Source of the DNA: Mytilus edulis | Lineage: Eukaryota | Assembly (NCBI RefSeq): GCF_963676685.1 | Contig: NC_092345.1 | Coordinates: 61,380,001 to 61,444,000 of the forward strand | Direction: 5' to 3' | Length of the DNA stretch: 64,000 nucleotides | Part shown: positions 50,976 through 64,000 of the stretch, one piece after another | Layout: the number at the start of each line of letters is the position of its first letter | How positions within the stretch are numbered: position 1 is the stretch's first letter | Translations under genes and position numbers: made by a program | The notes under the pieces: model-generated | Told to the model about the DNA's origin: nothing | Seen by the model: the letters and a program-made list of their open reading frames with translations, nothing else | The model's database searches: none

Positions 50976-52430
50976 TTGTTAACGACAACAGATGACAGCG
51001 AAAAGATAAAACCGTGTGTATTAAATAGAATTTCGAAAATAATCGATATATCAAGATTCTCGTCATTGAAGTTACTACGAGATACATGCTACGTGTTTAA
51101 ATTTGTCAATATATGTAAAGATCAAATCGACCGCGCAACTCGTACATGGATTACAGATATTCAAAATGTAAAATTCAGTAGTGAAAAGAGGCAACTCGCA
51201 AACCCGTCACATGACAAGAATCTACCGTTAGTAAGACAATTGCGCTTGTTCATAGATACAGAAGGTGTCATTAGATGCACCGGGCGCATACACAATTCAC
51301 AGTTAGACGACTCCGCGGAGTTTCCAGTGTTACTACCGAAGAAAAATCAATTTACGGACTTAATTATATTGAACGCGCACCTGCAGATGTTGCATTCTGG
51401 TTCTGGACAGACAATTACGCAAATCCGCCAATCATATTGGATACCTTCCATTAGACAATGCGTTAACCACATCGTTCAGAAATGTGTAAAGTGCCGAAAA
51501 GTGACCGGAAAAGCATTTCCACAGCAAATTTCGCCTCCGCTACCAAAGGATAGAGTCACCGATATGATTCCATTTACGACAACTGGTGTTGATTTCGCTG
51601 GACCACTATTCGTTAAAGATAATGGAATTGTTACGAAATCGTATATTTGCCAATTTACATGCGCTTGTATTAGTGCCGTACACCTAGAACTTGTTACAGA
51701 TATGACAATCGAATAATTCAAATTAGCATTGAGACGATTCGTTAGTAGGAGAGTAATTCCCAGTACTGTGTATTCCGACAATGCACCAACTTTTGTTTCC
51801 GCTTCACATGATATTCCAAAGGAAATGAATATTCAGAGTAATTGGAAATTTATTCCGAAAGCAGCAACGTGGTACGGTGGATGGTGGGAGAGACTAGTTG
51901 GAATTACGAAAACGACATTGAAAAAAGTGCTCGGGAAATCTCAAGCAAATTCTGACGTATTACGAACAACTTTGATAGAAATTGAACGTGTAATCAACGA
52001 TCGTCCGATTACATTTGTGTCGTCCGACATCCGAGATCCAGAGCCGCTAACACCGTCACATCTACTGCAGGGAAGAAGATCATCGCAAGGGAATAATTCT
52101 GATTCAGAGATCCATTATTCACATTTTGATTTTACAGAAGCAAACAAACGTTACAACCATAAAGTAACTTTATTGAACACTTTGCAAAACGATGGAGAAT
52201 GGAATACCTCACCGGATTAAGAGAATTTCATCGCGTCGCCGGAGACCAAAGCGCACATGTGAAAATCGGTTCCGTCGTACAAATCATGGACAATTCACCG
52301 AGAATGATGTGAAAACTAGCAGTTATAGAAGATTTGATCACCGGAAATGATGGAGTAGTTAGAGCAGTCAAACTTCGAACATCAAATGGACTGATTACCA
52401 CGAGACCAATTGTGAAACTGGTGCCATTAT
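50976..52430 (+). mobile_element. Decayed BEL/Pao integrase fragment (different lineage), intronic and antisense to the host gene
   Basis: H..LH...CVKC, TGVDFAGP, SDNAPTF, WYGGWWERLVG, PLTPSHLL; TAA at 51714-51716, frameshift near 52180, further stop near 52310; possible 3' LTR start TGTTG at 52519. Confidence 0.9.
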
Positions 52431-54812
52431 AAATATGAACTTTAATTGTTAAAAGTGTTTTCAATACCCTTTTTATGAACAATACATGAACAGTAATTGC
52501 ATTTTGCGTCCCCCAGAATGTTGTGAATTAGTTATAATTTCAGTTTAGTATTGTATACTCTTTTATTTGAATTACGTTTTACCGCCATTTACGTAACAAT
52601 AGGCCCGCAACGTCGTCACTTGCCGACGTCTCTTTGTAAATCTTAGACTCTGGTAAAGCATACGAAACATTGAAGACGCTTTTGTGTTTACTCGCCTTTA
52701 TTATCGATACGTTCAAAACAATTACTGTTATAAACTTATGCACTTTCCTGATTGTGGATGTGTATTGATTTATATTTTAGTCCTAGATACATGTTTTTTT
52801 TAATAAGTTGTTGTTGGCTTTGAAAAAGCTGTAAGTGACATCGAGTTCTCTCAGATCTTAGAGTTAACTATTGTCTTACTAGTGACTTTTTTATGTTAGG
52901 GATGAGGGAGGTATATATACTCTGCAACGCCTGGTATGGGTATTTGTTTGATGTCTTTCTGCTTTATATCCATATAATAAGTTAAGCCTTTTTCAAATGA
53001 TTTTTATAGTTTGTATTTGTTGTTGTGATGTTACACCCTTGTCCCCGGTAGGGGAGGATTGAGCGATAACAAACATATTTAATCCGATGCATTCTTTAGG
53101 AAACAACAATTCAACTTCAAAAGGAGGGGTGTTTATGTTTTTTATGTCTGAGTCGAAGTTTTTATTTCAATCAAAGCGTCACATTTTGCACATATACACA
53201 TATGTTTCTACAATAGGTAATCATGTTCAAATTTTGAATTGAGACTAGACAAGAATTTGAAAATCATCCGTCATCTCGAAAACAATATTAAATAAATTAC
53301 ATCCACATCCTATTCTCTTGATGACAAAACATTAGATGATACAAAAATATTTTCTGTTTGTGTCATTTGTTTCACGTTACATTAATTGGTCAATTTGTCA
53401 AACTTGATAATCGATACTGTAAAACGAACGAATTCGAACTTGCAGGAAAACGCGTCGTACTTTTGAATTTACAGGTTGTTCTCGCAATAGCATACCTAAA
53501 CATTTCTCTTACAGGCAAGAACTTTCTTAAGTCGTGTTTCTTTGAAAATACATTATCATTATGCACTTTAAAAAAAGTAATCTTCCAGCTTTAATGTTTT
53601 CGCATTCGTTGACTAGGCAAATATTTATACTAGGGGTGTTGAGTAAGCTACAAATTTCATCCTGTTAGATCCTTTTGATCTCGTCTTAGCAATTAAAAAA
53701 TCCAATCTTTCCGATACCAATACTTATGTAATTAGAATTGAAATTCTTACAGATTGCTCATTCAAGAGGTAATATAAAACATATCGATTGAATTGTGTGT
53801 CAACAAAATGATATGTTGTTTTTCCTGAGCAACAGAACTGTGGTTTAAGCTAATGTTAATTAACAGATTATGTACATTTCGGTTGCGTTATGCGTCACTT
53901 TTGAATATTTAAATAAAAACTTAATTAGTAATTAAGTTGTCAGTATTTCGGTGTTGACATGAATATCAATAATGTGGTCATTTTAAAAAATTTCCTGTTT
54001 ACAAAACTAAGAATTTTTTGAAAAATTAAGGCTTAAATTACCTTACCCGTATTTGGCACAACTTTTTGGAATTTTGGATCCTCAATGCTCTTCATCTTTG
54101 TATTTGTTTGACTTTATAGATATTTTGATATGAGCGTCACTGAATAGTCTTATGTAGACGAAACGCGCGTCTGGCGTACTAAATTATAATCCTGGTACCT
54201 TTGATAACTATTAATTTAGATATAAACAAATATTTAACATCAACTTAAATTTGAAATATCAGTTTTTTCATTCTTTATGAGAATAGTTATTTGATATCAT
54301 CTCAAACATTGATTGTTTCATTTCGCTACATACATTAATCACCGTGAGGTTGTTGTACTGAGTCTGGTAAATTCACACATATCTACATGTATCTTTAATG
54401 TCTCATGTTTCTTTCTAGTACATTATTTTGTTTAGATAGAGAATGTGTCTATGGGACACAGAGGAAGCACCTGCTTGCATATAACGTTTCAAAGGAATAT
54501 AACTCAAGAACGGTATAACCTTAATTCAAACTTTCATCTGTGTTTTGTGGTTAAAAGCATTCTGTTAAAGTTTCATAACATTTAATTGAGACAATCTAAA
54601 AAGAGTGAAAGAATGGAATCCGATTTCGGGACGTTCACGAACAAAGGTAACAATTACTGCACCTTTTACTGCGACTGGGGCATAATGATAATTAGAAAAA
54701 GAAATAAAAACACTCTATGAATTTGATGTCACAAATTAAAACCTTTTGTCAAAAGAATGCATTACTTTTCACAACAGAACAAGCAAATAAGCAAACATAT
54801 AATTCTACTTAC

Positions 54813-54970
54813 ATAAGAGACACATGTAAGGTCAATATTATCTATATAATCATGACGATATATTTCAGTGTTGCCTGCTGATCCACAGTATACATGCTTT
54901 AGATTCCATACATCAAATACTTCATATCCACATTCTTTAATCATCTTTAAAACTGTGTGTACAGTGTCAC
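54813..54970 (-). CDS. Ig/mucin membrane-protein gene, most 5' exon identified
   Basis: AG|GTGAC...TAT|GTAAGT, phase 1-0, DTVHTVLKMIKECGYEVFDVWNLKHVYCGSAGNTEIYRHDYIDNIDLTCVSY; signal-peptide exon not located. Confidence 0.6.
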
Positions 54971-55743
54971 CTATCGAGAAGAGTATGAAAATATTAACAC
55001 AACTATCTTCAAAAGACCATAGGACGAGGGTATTAACAACTATAGGAACACGTGAGGAACCCATTGGTTAACATGTTGACGTGTTGTTTTTTTTTTTATA
55101 AAAGCAGAAGTATATTTAATAGTATGCTAAAATGAAAAATATTCTGCTACACTTCTATTTTGGCATAGACCACCCTAAACAATAACCGAATCCAACACCA
55201 TATGGTTACTTTATTAGATCCAAACTAGACATAATTTGAAACAATTCAATCGGGAAAAAAAACGACAAATATAAAGAAGATGTGGTATGATTGCCATTAA
55301 AACAACTCTCAACAAAACACCAAATGACACAGAAATTAACAACTATAGGTCACCGTAAGACTGGTTACGTATCGCAGCATCTTCTCATCATTCATATCAT
55401 TAAATAGATAAAACATTGGATATGCACAGGATGACAAGCGTTTCAGAAATAAACGTTTACATCGGTTTATCTTATATTTAGTACTAAATACAGTAATTTT
55501 GTATATCTAATTAATGTTCTTTTTTCAATTCTGTATCACCTTTGGATTTGTATTTGACTAGGGACTCTCCTTTTTAAATTTTCCTTGAAGTTCAGTATTT
55601 TTGGGATTTTAATTTATACTTTTGTTGCCTTTATTTGGCAAATCTGATTCAAGACTTTTTCAACAATCGAAATCTAAGCTTTATGAGATGTCTTAGAAAC
55701 TAGAACTAAGATAAAAGGATAAAATTCCACAACAAGAACATAT

Positions 55744-56536
55744 GAGCCAGTCCATGCGAAAAGGTACAAAAGTCCTTTTGGTAAACTTTACAGGACACGT
55801 TATCAACGTTTGTTATAGTATTTTTGAAAAACGATTTTATCCGGAAAAAAAAATACATTAATGTAAACATTCATAAGATTGTCAATTCTATCCCGAATTT
55901 GTCAACTAAAACAGAAAAAAGACGTAGAAATATCTGACTTTTTGGTATTTGAGCAAGTGAAAAATCATTTGTTCCCCGGACTAATGCTATACCGACCAGA
56001 AACTATAAAAATGTATGACATTTCAGAGACAAAAGTCAAGGATTTCCGTCAGTTCTACAGGTTTAAAGAAAGTAAGACAACATTAAAACATGAGGGAAAT
56101 ACAAAAACTATGACATCTTGTGTTTTAGAAATTGAAATTTAAATTTAAGTTAAGTTATTTAATATTAAATAAATCAACCTTAGTTGCACGGGATTCGAAC
56201 CGTTGCCCGGTTTGATTGCATTGATATTCGCATCGTAAGCGGGCGCCTTATCCCCACTGCTACCGGGGTTAACATTATCAATTGGCATATCAAGCCATTT
56301 AAACTGTACTTTGAAAATGATTGAAATATATGAAATAATTCACTAAAAATCTTGATAAAACTAAATGGGGGGGGGGGGGGGGTATCAACACTCGCAGGTG
56401 CGTGTAGCTCACAGCTTGATGATATGAGGGAAAGTAAATGTGTTTTATAAATCACAAGTCTACTACCAATAATTATGCACACTTTTTAGAATTTTGTAAA
56501 TTTTTCGTTTTTGTACCTTTTCACATGGACTGGCTC
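55744..56536. mobile_element. Non-autonomous DNA transposon, Sola2-like
   Basis: TIR GAGCCAGTCCATG.GAAAAGGTACAAAA / TTTTGTACCTTTTC.CATGGACTGGCTC; 4-bp TSD ATAT on both sides; GRG termini. Confidence 0.8.
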
Positions 56537-57949
56537 ATATGATCTGGATTATTCAAAATAAAATTTAGCATTTTTAAGCAAAGCTAGCCTGTCTTCTTTA
56601 CCAACGGTTCTTCTAATATCAATACAACTGCATATTGAAAATGAGTTCAATTATCTTTATATCTTGTTATCGACCCAAGTTGTTTAAAAGACTATTTATA
56701 CGCAATTTTGGTAGAAATAACGAATTTAAAGATTTTAAATACTTGCATAGTTTTATAATTTAACTTAATTTGAGTTGTTGACGTCAGATTGAACTAAAGA
56801 TTTTGTAAAAAAAATTATCGAATTCCGGCGCTAACCAAAATGAATAAGCTTTACTTTCCGCAGTATTTTGGGTTATGTTAACTATTTTCTTTTATCAATT
56901 TATGGAATCAATACTCAAAATGTGCCATAATCTGTCAAAATTGGTTGTTTTGGTTATTTTGAGGCACTCAATATTTTGTTATTTGTTTATAAATAAGCTA
57001 TTATATTGGTAGAATCTAAAATCACTAGTAAGTAGCCATATTATGCTATGATATATTATATTGAAGAACTTTGAAAATGCCATTGCTGTGAAATATATAT
57101 ATATAGTCTTGTGAAGTTTGCATTACATCTTTTCCCATGTAGAGACGGTAAAAGAACAGAGGTCGTGGTTTTTCTTTTGTCCCGGGTATAAAACCCAGCA
57201 CAAAGATTCTTCAGTTTAAAAATAATGATTTTTGATTTTTTTCTGTTTAATTTCTCTGGAGAATAAGAGCTTTTAACATGTTGTATAGATGATATATGTT
57301 TATTGTTGCGGAATTTTTTATTATCTTCTTAACGTCCTTTTGTTATTTTGTCATAATGTTGCAATGCAGTTAACTTCCTGCAGTAACCAGCACGTCTCCT
57401 TCTGTTTTTATTTATAAAATGTATATCACTAGTCGTTATTCATGATATTGTAATTTTCATGAAGAATTGTAAACTAGTCGTACAATGTATTGTTCTAAAA
57501 CGTTTTATAGCTCTTAATAGATAAAACAAAATGCGTTGATTTTTAACTTTCTAATTTTAAATATTGCGAGTTTGACGTGAATACAATACCTCATACATTG
57601 TTGTATGCTGTATAGCACTAAAACAATCGATTGGGAGAGCAACATAACAAAATCATGACCAACAGGACACAATCACTGTAATACACGCTCCTTGATTTGA
57701 CGAAAGTACTTCCTGATAATGCACGAAAAAAAGTTTATATGAACTGACACTAGTTATATATCTACAAACCAGAGGGGTTCCACATTCATTGTATCGTTGT
57801 GTTTCATCAAAAACAAAATTAGTACATATATAACATGAATATTCGAAAATGTGGATTATACGTCAATGAGACAACAACCAATCGATGCAAACAATAACAA
57901 AAATCATGAATGTTAACAGGGTATAAAGGTTACAATATTCTTATTTATT

Positions 57950-59560
57950 CATTTGTAATGGGACTTCCTGTTTTGAATTTTCCTTGGAGTTCAGTGGTTT
58001 TACTTTTTGACAAATTCGTCGGTAGCGCGCCGATAAATATATTTAACTAATAGGATGTTTCTATAACAATTATAGAACAGTGTCTGGATTTAATTTCGTA
58101 CTGAAAACGATATAATAATAGAAAAGATTGTCAAATGAAGGATACCGCTGTTCGAAAGTAAAAAATCGATTGAGAGGAACAAATTATGGTTACAAACTAA
58201 ATTCGAGGGAAATACATCAACTATAACTATAAAAGAAAAACAACAGAAACAACAGAAACACTGAAGTGCAACAAAAAAAAAGACTTTTGCATGAACCTCG
58301 TCTTGATTTATTACCACCGACATGAGATTGACACGCAGAGGCTGTGTACAATTATGAAATTAGAAATCTCTCTTACTATCATCCTCTGAATTGAAATACA
58401 TTTACAGTCGACATTATTTCAGAAATTTTTCTTCAAGAACTTCGACAATGCTCCGGTGATAAAATGTCATATTCCTTGTTCCCAAGCGCAAACATGAAAT
58501 GAATTTGTCTGATTTTGAAAATAGTCTTAATATAAATTGTCACTAATTCATTGAATTGATGATGTAGCTAGAGTCTGTCTGTATTTCAGTGCATAAACTA
58601 GTTTGATAGTAAATGCTATCTTGAAAAAAATCAAGAAGGAATTTAATATTTTCAATCTATCCAAAATGTATTTAAATTTGCTTTTAAATTTAATAATCTT
58701 TTAGCATCCGAAAATCCTCAACTTTAGGCAACTGCGTTATAATCTCATACTTGTTTTATGTCTGCAGACGAAACATTCTGTGTTTCTAAATTGAGTATAA
58801 AATCAATGCAAAGTACTTGTTGGCAAACTGAAAGAAAATAGATTTCTAAATTAATGCAAATCATCAAGTAAGACAAATATTTTTTTTCAGTTTATCCAAA
58901 TTGCTCAATATTTTCTATTTTATTTATATACGGAAAACCCATGGAGCAATATATAAACTATGATGTTAAGCTTCATATCGGTAACATAATATTAATCACG
59001 ATTTTGAAATCTTTTACCATTTCAGATCATCGTCGGAATTCAGTTTTTTTTTAATGATTTTACTTTTTGACAAATTCATCATCGATAGCGTGCCGAAATA
59101 TATTTAACCAATAGGCAGTTCTATTACAATTGGTCTAGTTTTAACTTTGTACTGAAAACGATGTAATAAGAGAAAATGTTGTTAAAAGTTAGCCCTTCGT
59201 CTTTATTTCTTTCCACCGATAGGAGATTGACAAAAGATAACATGCATTGGTTTTGTACAATTATAATGTTTTAAAATCATTAAATTGGAAATGTTCCTTA
59301 ATATCGTGAATGGAAATACATTTACAGTCTACATTATTTCAGAAAGGGAAATTCTTCGTTAAGGACTTTGACAATGCTCGGATGCTGAAATGTCACAGAG
59401 ATACTCCTTGTTCCCAAGCACAAACATGAAAAGCATTCGTTTGATTCTGAAAATAGTTTAATTATAAATTGTCACTTATCAATTCATTTTATTGATCATA
59501 TACCAAGAGTCTGATTGTATTCTGGTGCACATACTAATTTGATAGTAACTGTTATCATGA
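57950..59560. repeat. Diverged local direct duplication (~550-650 bp)
   Basis: About 57985-58620 versus 59035-59560 share TTTTACTTTTTGACAAATTC, GAAATACATTTACAGTC.ACATTATTTCAGAAA and CCTTGTTCCCAAGC.CAAACATGAAA. Confidence 0.8.
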
Positions 59561-59599
59561 ATCTCTTTTTAACATAAATAGTAGTTTGAGAATCTGTTT

Positions 59600-60520
59600 A
59601 ATAAACATTTGTTTAGAGATTCGTGGTTACATTCACCCGTTTTGAATCATCCATTTTCAGATTCTAGTTTTCATGCATAGTTTTTTTTTACGATTTTGAT
59701 TTTACAATTATGGCTAAAATTCATTCATTTGAAAATTACAGTTGGCATTCATTGGTATTAAGCTTCTAATTTAGTTTTTGAGATTCTGGATTCATGCATC
59801 GGTTTTAAAATTCTGGTTTATATACATCGGCTTTCGATTCATTTTGGTTTGCACACATTAATGTTGAAATATGGAATCAGGATTTAATATTCATGTTAAC
59901 ATTCATCGGTTTAAAGATTTTAGTTTACATTCATTGATTTGATATCCTTGTTAACAATCAACGGTTTGAAGATTCTAGTTTACATTCATTAGTTTTGATT
60001 TGCAGTTTAACAATAATTGTTTTTTTCAGATTCAGTTTTTATATTCTGGTTTTCATGCATCTGATTTAGGATTCTGGATTACATATATCAGTTAAAGATT
60101 CATTCTGGTTTACAAATCATCGGTTCTTCGATTCTGGTTTACATTTATAGATACATTTGTTTTCAGTTTTTTGTTCACATTATCGGTTGTGATTCTGGTT
60201 TGTAGTCATCGGTTTAAATATTCATGTTGTCATAAATCGATCCTGATAATCTGGTTTAAATTCATCGTTTTCACGTTTACATAAAATTGTTCTGAGAATC
60301 GGGTTTCTATACATCGGTTTTTAGAATCTAGTTTACATTGATCGGTTTTGAAATTCAGGTTTGAATTCATCGGTTTTGAAATTCTGGTTTAAATTCATCG
60401 GTTTCAAAACTACTTTATATACAGCGGTTTTGAGAGTCTGGTTTACATTCATCCATTTCAAGATCCTGGTTAACATACATCGGTTTTGTGAGTCTTGTTT
60501 ACATTCACCCATTTCAAGAT
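59600..60520. repeat. Degenerate ~28-bp minisatellite
   Basis: CATCGGTTTTGA.ATTCTGGTTTACATT-like units (28-nt spacing, e.g. 60368 to 60396). Confidence 0.75.
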
Positions 60521-63187
60521 TCTTGTCTTTTCGACTGCCACTTCGCTTTCTATCCATCCTTTTTAAATCATTTCTGTAACTCTTTTGTTCTTTATTCAGA
60601 ACTTTTAAATAGTGGCTTTCTGCCATTTTATAAAATGAAATTCTTTACGAGTAATCTTTTACATTTGTAGGGAGTATAAAGTCTATTCAACTGCTTTAAG
60701 AAAACATTTTCCGTTCTATGTTAGTTCACCATAGCTTGAGACACATAACCTGGAGACGCACCCGTTTGTGCTGATTTTGGACTTCATAACTGTGATGTCT
60801 TCAGTATTTGTTTGTTACATCGATTTGTCTACGTAGTCGATTTACAGATTCGCAATCATCGGCTAACGGTAAACCAGTGTTGACTTAATCAAAACATAAG
60901 AATTAATAATTTTAATAAAGTGGGCCACTGAATGATATTTTAAAAAAAATAACATTCACCACAATTTATGTAAATGCTTATCTCATAATCAACATTAATT
61001 GATAAAAAAGAAACCAAATAATGATGTTTTTCTTGAATTTGTTTTTTACGATGACGTATAAGGAAACCAATTACATCTGACCATCTTAAATGATTTCACA
61101 GATTTACTCAGCACTTACTTGTTCGGTGTGCTAATGAATACAAACAAATATCAAAATAGTGAATAAGCCTGCTAATTTTAATTTATAAAATAACAGATTT
61201 CATACTACTTTGTTGATTGAAATCAATAAAAAATGTATTTCAAAGCCGCCAACAGATATTTAGTAATTATGATATACGTTGTGTAATGCTATAGCTTTAA
61301 ACGAATACAGGAAATCTGCATTTTTGTATTGCTGCAAAGATTAGTCAATTGCGCTGGAAGAATACAACTTCAAAGATGACTTTAATACTATGACTGTCAG
61401 AATTATTCATCGATTTTCTTACAATAAGCCGAGCTATTCTACCTTGGGTATATAATTCCCAACGTTTTATATATTCTGATGTCAGGAAAACGATTTCTTG
61501 AATGTATTGCATCACTTTTGTGATAGGTAATTTGGTGTTCATTAAATTTAAACTGACTAACTACATTAGGAATACGATAAACAAGGGACTGAATTTACCA
61601 GAAGGTATCGCAATGGCAAAAAAACAACGCTAGCCATGTGTTCCGACTAAACCGGACTCATCAGTAGCGCTAGATTCAAAACAGTAAGAAGGCTTAATAA
61701 ATTGAAAATATTGAGAGCATCTTCTTGTATATAGACGAATTTGAAGTCAAATAAGATTCTACCTTTTATTCTTCTTAAGAAACCACTGTATGAAATCTAA
61801 CTCATTTGAATAAAGGATCAAGTCTACAAGAAAAGATTAAAAAGTTTTTATTTGTTGAAAGCACGTCCTTCTAAACTTAAAAAAAATAGTTTGATCTTTT
61901 AAGAAATGAAGCATCAATGTATGTTTCATAAAATTGTTTTGGGGTTCAGGATGTTTTTTTTTTCTTTCAAAAATTGATGAATCTCCTCCAAAACAAATGG
62001 TTGGTATCTATGTTAATCTTTCAATGAAGGGAATTGAATCAATGTTTGTTTTCATTTTTCGTAAAGTTTGGGATGGGAGATAGTTGTGAAAAGGATAAAA
62101 AAGTTGTTAAATATTTTTTGCAAGATACAAGAGACTACGTGTACTTTATTGTATAAAATTTAACAAATATTTAGATATTTGGTGGGATGAACATTGTTTT
62201 ATGGCTAGCCAAACCTTGCGCTTTTAGGGCAATGTTAAATATAAAACTAAAATGACAACATTATATGACAGGACTACAGTACAAATAAATGCAAGAACAT
62301 TCAGGACAGAGAAATATACAAACAAACAATACAAAAGTACATTTCGATATCAACGCGGAATGAGAGTTCATAGTCCTATAAAATTGTCTATTCTTAATTG
62401 AATACTAGTAATCAAAAGAAACTAGTTATGTTTTGTTTTTGATTTCACTGCATAGCAATATAACATTTCCCACAGAAAGTAACCAATAGTAAGCATGCAA
62501 TAAATTCCAATATTGCACTAGTACAATAAATCTTCAAAATTCATGACGTCATCAACGACAAAATCTTAGTTTAAACCAATTTTTACTTTCAAATATTATA
62601 TTGATATACAATAAAAGGGTTATTGCATAAATATTGGGGAATATTGTCCCTCGTAAAACATATATTGCACTCACAAGCTCGTGCAATATAAAATTCTATT
62701 CTGGACAATATTCCCCAATATTCACGCAATAACCCTATATTATTAAACAAACTATTAGAATGATCACATTTACTTGTTCAATTCATTCAACGAAATGATA
62801 AAGAACCGTTTATCTTTATTATCCAGTTTTGATCTGAAAAATAATAGATAAAACAATGTTTATAATTAGCGTGCATAAATGATCTTCTGTTTTTTGTTTA
62901 TCATTTAGGACCGAAATTCTTATATCGATTTTTTTCTTTTATTCTAGGCTCACCAACTAGCCAAACTGAATGTTTTGTTGACATTGATATGCAATACTTC
63001 AACTTCAACACTTGTATTTCAGGAACCAAATAATTTTTTTTTTGGCGTTCAAATACTAGTCTGTTATTTTGTTTGTTTATTTATTTGTGTTGCTATGGTT
63101 CGACTGATAAGACGAAAAATAGACAAAACTTTACATTTTGTTATCATAAAACACGCATTTGATAACGCGTCCTCTATTGCCTCATAA

Positions 63188-63648
63188 GGTGTAACACCAC
63201 TAATTCGGGCCCGGCCAGAAAGCACATACCAGAAAGTAGTACATATTTAACACAAAATAATTCCTACGCATGAGTGTAACTTTCAGAATATGTAAGATAT
63301 TTAGGTATTTTTGGCATCAAATGAAAGCTGAAGGACTGGTGATTACTGTAGAACACTTTTGGACTTTTAATTTCAATTATTAAAAAAAACTGCATCAAAT
63401 TTTAAAAAGAGGGTACATTTTGTCTGTTTGTCAGATCTGAAGTACCTGTTTTGGTACATCCGAAGTTCCGGGAACCAGTTCTTTCTTATATGCCATTAAA
63501 GGTATGTTGATTTTTTCAGTACAAGACACCATAAAGTGTTGCTTTGACATGTAATGATTTGAATTTAAAATAAAAGAGGTGTGCCTACTAGAAAATGGAG
63601 GAATTTAACATAGAAAGCAATGGGACCATGAATTAGTGGTGTAATTCC
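63188..63648. mobile_element. MITE, Kolobok-like
   Basis: GG...ACACCACTAATTC / GAATTAGTGGTGT...CC TIRs; ATAA duplicated at 63184-63187 and 63649-63652. Confidence 0.7.
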
Positions 63649-64000
63649 ATAAGATCCGACGCTATCCTAGTGTATCGGCAGATAAGGCTTTGTCAATTTT
63701 AGATTCATTACGTTTAAGTTATCAAAGTTTAATACTTAAAGAATTCGTATACATAAATAGGTTTGTATCTAAAGGTTGAGCCTGTTTTGTTTTTGGACTG
63801 ATCTACAATCAGCAGGGTCCAACTCACACGGGAATATTTATATTTATTGAAGCATTGCAGTTTTAATTGTTTTTAGTATTTTCTGTCTACTTGTATTAAA
63901 TTATTAATTTGAATCCTATTTGTGAACGTTAGTTTGTATTGTTATTTGTATAATTCATCATAAATTATTGTTTACACAAAATGATTACAGATCTAAATTG

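Noticed and set aside
60333-60626. ORF with DECKPE-like repeats
   Set aside because: The underlying repeat period is 28 nt, not a multiple of 3, so it is a minisatellite read-through.
61443-61542. Candidate first exon of the Ig gene (MNTKLP...YTQG, phase-1 donor)
   Set aside because: Phase fits, but there is no signal-peptide character and the donor is weak; cannot be supported.

Overview
AT-rich, repeat-dense animal DNA; the repeat families and gene types suggest a bivalve mollusc, probably Mytilus (inference). Main content: (1) A complete, apparently very young BEL/Pao LTR retrotransposon (11624-19561) with two 566-bp LTRs that read as identical, a 5-bp TSD (CCAAA) and one intact 2190-aa Gag-Pol ORF. 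Its LTRs end in TA...TA rather than TG...CA, and it has no tRNA-type PBS. The 11 nt after the 5' LTR (GTAAATTGACG) are the exact reverse complement of the junction (CGTCAA|TTTAC) formed only if a GT-AG intron inside the LTR is spliced out. This points to splicing-dependent self-priming of reverse transcription and is the most novel candidate here. (2) A 5'-truncated hephaestin/ceruloplasmin-like pseudogene (minus strand) whose copper-ligand motifs are degenerate. (3) An 8-exon minus-strand gene for a type-I membrane protein: unknown N-terminal domain, Ig domain, Thr-rich stalk, TM helix. (4) A probable terminal exon of a multi-TM gene. (5) A decayed second BEL/Pao fragment, an L1/Tx1 remnant, Helitron/Helentron-type elements, MITEs, SINE-like repeats, minisatellites and local duplications. 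All splice sites, pairings and sequence comparisons were made by eye; there is no expression evidence.
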